A stretch of DNA of 40,540 nucleotides from an uncultured Anaerolineae bacterium. GTDB taxonomy: Bacteria; Chloroflexota; Anaerolineae; Aggregatilineales; UBA3940. A model generated the notes under the pieces. The model did no database searches and was not told where the DNA came from. It saw nothing but the letters and a program-made list of their open reading frames with translations. Location of the stretch: contig CAZWUX010000005.1 in NCBI GenBank assembly GCA_964637665.1, positions 932 through 41,471 on the forward strand, written 5' to 3'. Each line of letters opens with the position of its first letter. Position 1 is the first letter of the stretch. The position numbers and the translations under genes were made by a program. Of this stretch, positions 39,173 through 40,540 are shown one piece after another.

Positions 39173-39380
39173 TTGTGCGCCGGATCGATTGGGTTTTGCT
39201 TGTGCATTTTGCTACAATCCGGGTTGTTGATGTCTGGATGCGATTTGTGATAAGTGTCATTTTTAAAACCTGACAAATGATGGGCGCAGTCTGCCGCGTC
39301 TTTGGATATACTAGGTAAAATAAACAACAATTATCTTAATTCTTCTCGAAAAGAACCTTTCGATTTCTTAGGAGAGAGAC

Positions 39381-39905
39381 GTGGCTGAGACGACAATGCC
39401 AACCTCGCAGGTTCCACCCGTCAAGAGTGGTGGGCGCGCCAAGTTCCTCGTCGCCGGTGTGATCTTGCTGGCTGCTATCGTGTTCCTGATCGTCACGAAC
39501 CTGACATCCCAGCAGGAGTACTTCATGACGGTCAACGAGCTGATGTCCCGCCAGGACGAGATCGCAGGGCATAACGTTCGTATCTCCGGCGTGGTGCTGG
39601 GCGATACGATCGAGTACGACGGCGAGACGCTGAGCTTCACCATCGCGAACATCCCCGACTCGGCGGCTGAGATCGAGGACGAGGGCGGTCTGGCCGAAGT
39701 GCTGCATCAGGCCGTCAACGATACAAGCTCCCAGCGCGTTCAGGTTGTGCTATATGACGAACCGAAGCCCGACCTGCTCAAGCACGAGGCCCAGGCCATC
39801 GTCACCGGCTCGCTGGGGGATGACGGCGTGTTCTACGCGGATGAGCTGCTTCTGAAGTGCCCCACCCGCTACGAGGAAGCTGTTCCAGAGCAGGCCGCCA
39901 GATAA
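39381..39905 (+). CDS. ccmE: Cytochrome c maturation haem chaperone CcmE, CxxxY variant
   Basis: N-terminal anchor FLVAGVILLAAIVFLIV, an OB-fold-like body (VRISGVVLGDTIEYDGETLSFTI) and PDLLKHEAQAIVTGSL. The C-terminal ELLLKCPTRYEE aligns with E. coli EVLAKHDENYTP. GTG start. Confidence 0.85.
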   Translation: MAETTMPTSQVPPVKSGGRAKFLVAGVILLAAIVFLIVTNLTSQQEYFMTVNELMSRQDEIAGHNVRISGVVLGDTIEYDGETLSFTIANIPDSAAEIEDEGGLAEVLHQAVNDTSSQRVQVVLYDEPKPDLLKHEAQAIVTGSLGDDGVFYADELLLKCPTRYEEAVPEQAAR

Positions 39906-40107
39906 GCGGTCTGTCGCCAGCTATTCGCTCCGGGCGCGGTGAAATACATCCTGTGCCCGGTTCTTCACGCCATTTCCAGCCACCCCCACAGGGGTAGGGT
40001 GGCTGGACGGGCCGCAGGCCCGCCGGGCGTAGCCCGGATGGCGTGTCAAGCAGATCCGCGAAGCGGATTGCCATTCACGCCCGGCCATGTGAAGGAGTCT
40101 GTCTCAC

Positions 40108-40540
40108 GTGAACCCCGAACTCGGTACGATTTTTCTGCTGCTGGCCCTCGCCAGCACGATCTACGCGCTGATCGCGTCGCTCGTCGGCGGGCGTAACGAG
40201 AACGACGCCCTCGTCGAGAGCGCCCGTAACGCGGCGGTGATGGTCTGGCCGCTGCTCACGCTGGCGGTGATCCTGCTGATCGCGCACCTCGTCAGCGGCG
40301 ATTTCGGCGTCTCGTATGTGTGGGCCGTGACGGATCGCAATATGCCCACCTATCTGAAGATCACCGCGCTGTGGGGATCGCAGGCCGGGTCACTGCTCTT
40401 CTGGTCATGGCTGATGAGCACCTTCACCTCCGCCGTGATGCTGCGTAACTGGCGGCGCGAGCGGACCATCATGCCCTGGGTCATCGCCGCAACGATGGGC
40501 ACGCTCGCCAATTTCATACTGCTCGTCACCTTCTGGGAGA
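40108..40540 (+). CDS. ccmF: Cytochrome c-type biogenesis protein CcmF (haem lyase component), 5' part; continues beyond the window
   Basis: My own translation from GTG 40108 gives VNPELGTIFLLLALASTIYALIASLVGG...GDFGVSYVWAVTDRNMPTYLKITALWGSQAGSLLFWSWLMS. This parallels E. coli CcmF ([36 protein letters not shown]). Not in the ORF track because there is no stop within the window. Confidence 0.85.
   Translation, partial: MNPELGTIFLLLALASTIYALIASLVGGRNENDALVESARNAAVMVWPLLTLAVILLIAHLVSGDFGVSYVWAVTDRNMPTYLKITALWGSQAGSLLFWSWLMSTFTSAVMLRNWRRERTIMPWVIAATMGTLANFILLVTFWE

Noticed and set aside
39246-39261. A CRP-like site, TGTGA-N6-TCATT, upstream of ccmE. A TTGAT half-site lies at 39229.
   Set aside because: Only about 8 of 10 positions match, and there is a single full half-site. 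I mention it within the spacer finding but do not call it as a feature.

Overview
This is a high-G+C bacterial chromosomal window, roughly two-thirds G+C by eye, and it is densely coding. I found no rRNA, tRNA, CRISPR array, transposase or integrase. The protein content (Thr/Pro-rich linkers, TolB-propeller kinases, a b6f-type Rieske protein, Cys-type CcmE) is reminiscent of Chloroflexota-like lineages, but the taxon cannot be established without a database search.

Gene content from left to right:
- 1-3969 (minus strand): one operon with three M42/TET peptidase paralogues, two tiny membrane proteins, a NUDIX hydrolase and a rhomboid protease.
- 4046-5182: a membrane-anchored protein with Ig/cadherin-like repeats and an (ANANATAT)n tract.
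- 5462-12051: an active Ser/Thr kinase, a paralogous pseudokinase (both carry TolB-like propellers) and a TgpA-like transglutaminase membrane protein.
- 12177-20592: housekeeping genes (PhzF-like, YjbQ, a solute-binding lipoprotein, MOFRL glycerate kinase, PGM/PMM), plus a TPR protein whose N-terminus resembles a degenerate type IIG/BREX-type nuclease domain.
- About 20643-22419: a 1.8 kb low-G+C islet with a single Mrr-type nuclease-fusion gene, wedged between the convergent PGM/PMM and nfi genes.
- 22420-29472: nfi, a small Cys/His protein, a receiver-domain protein with a GNAT-like gene, and a panB-panE-nitroreductase-panC-coaX operon.
- 29890-40540: the most interesting part, a redox region. 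It holds a Rieske protein with no cytochrome b, two dihaem cytochromes c, a zinc-ribbon membrane protein and a Cys-less Crp/Fnr regulator.
- A perfect TTGAT-N4-ATCAA box follows the regulator. It precedes a same-strand gene string: ferredoxin, two paralogous 4-TM proteins, a protoglobin fused to a MoaD/ThiS-like beta-grasp domain, a cupin, a membrane-anchored HAO-family octahaem cytochrome c, and an internally duplicated His-bearing membrane protein.
- The window ends with CcmE (CxxxY variant) and the start of CcmF.

I regard the box-to-palindrome gene string (34249-39172) as the best candidate for an undescribed gas-sensing, N-oxide or hydroxylamine redox module. The Mrr-fusion islet and the kinase/pseudokinase/transglutaminase operon are secondary candidates. 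All functional calls come from motif recognition by eye; no searches were run.
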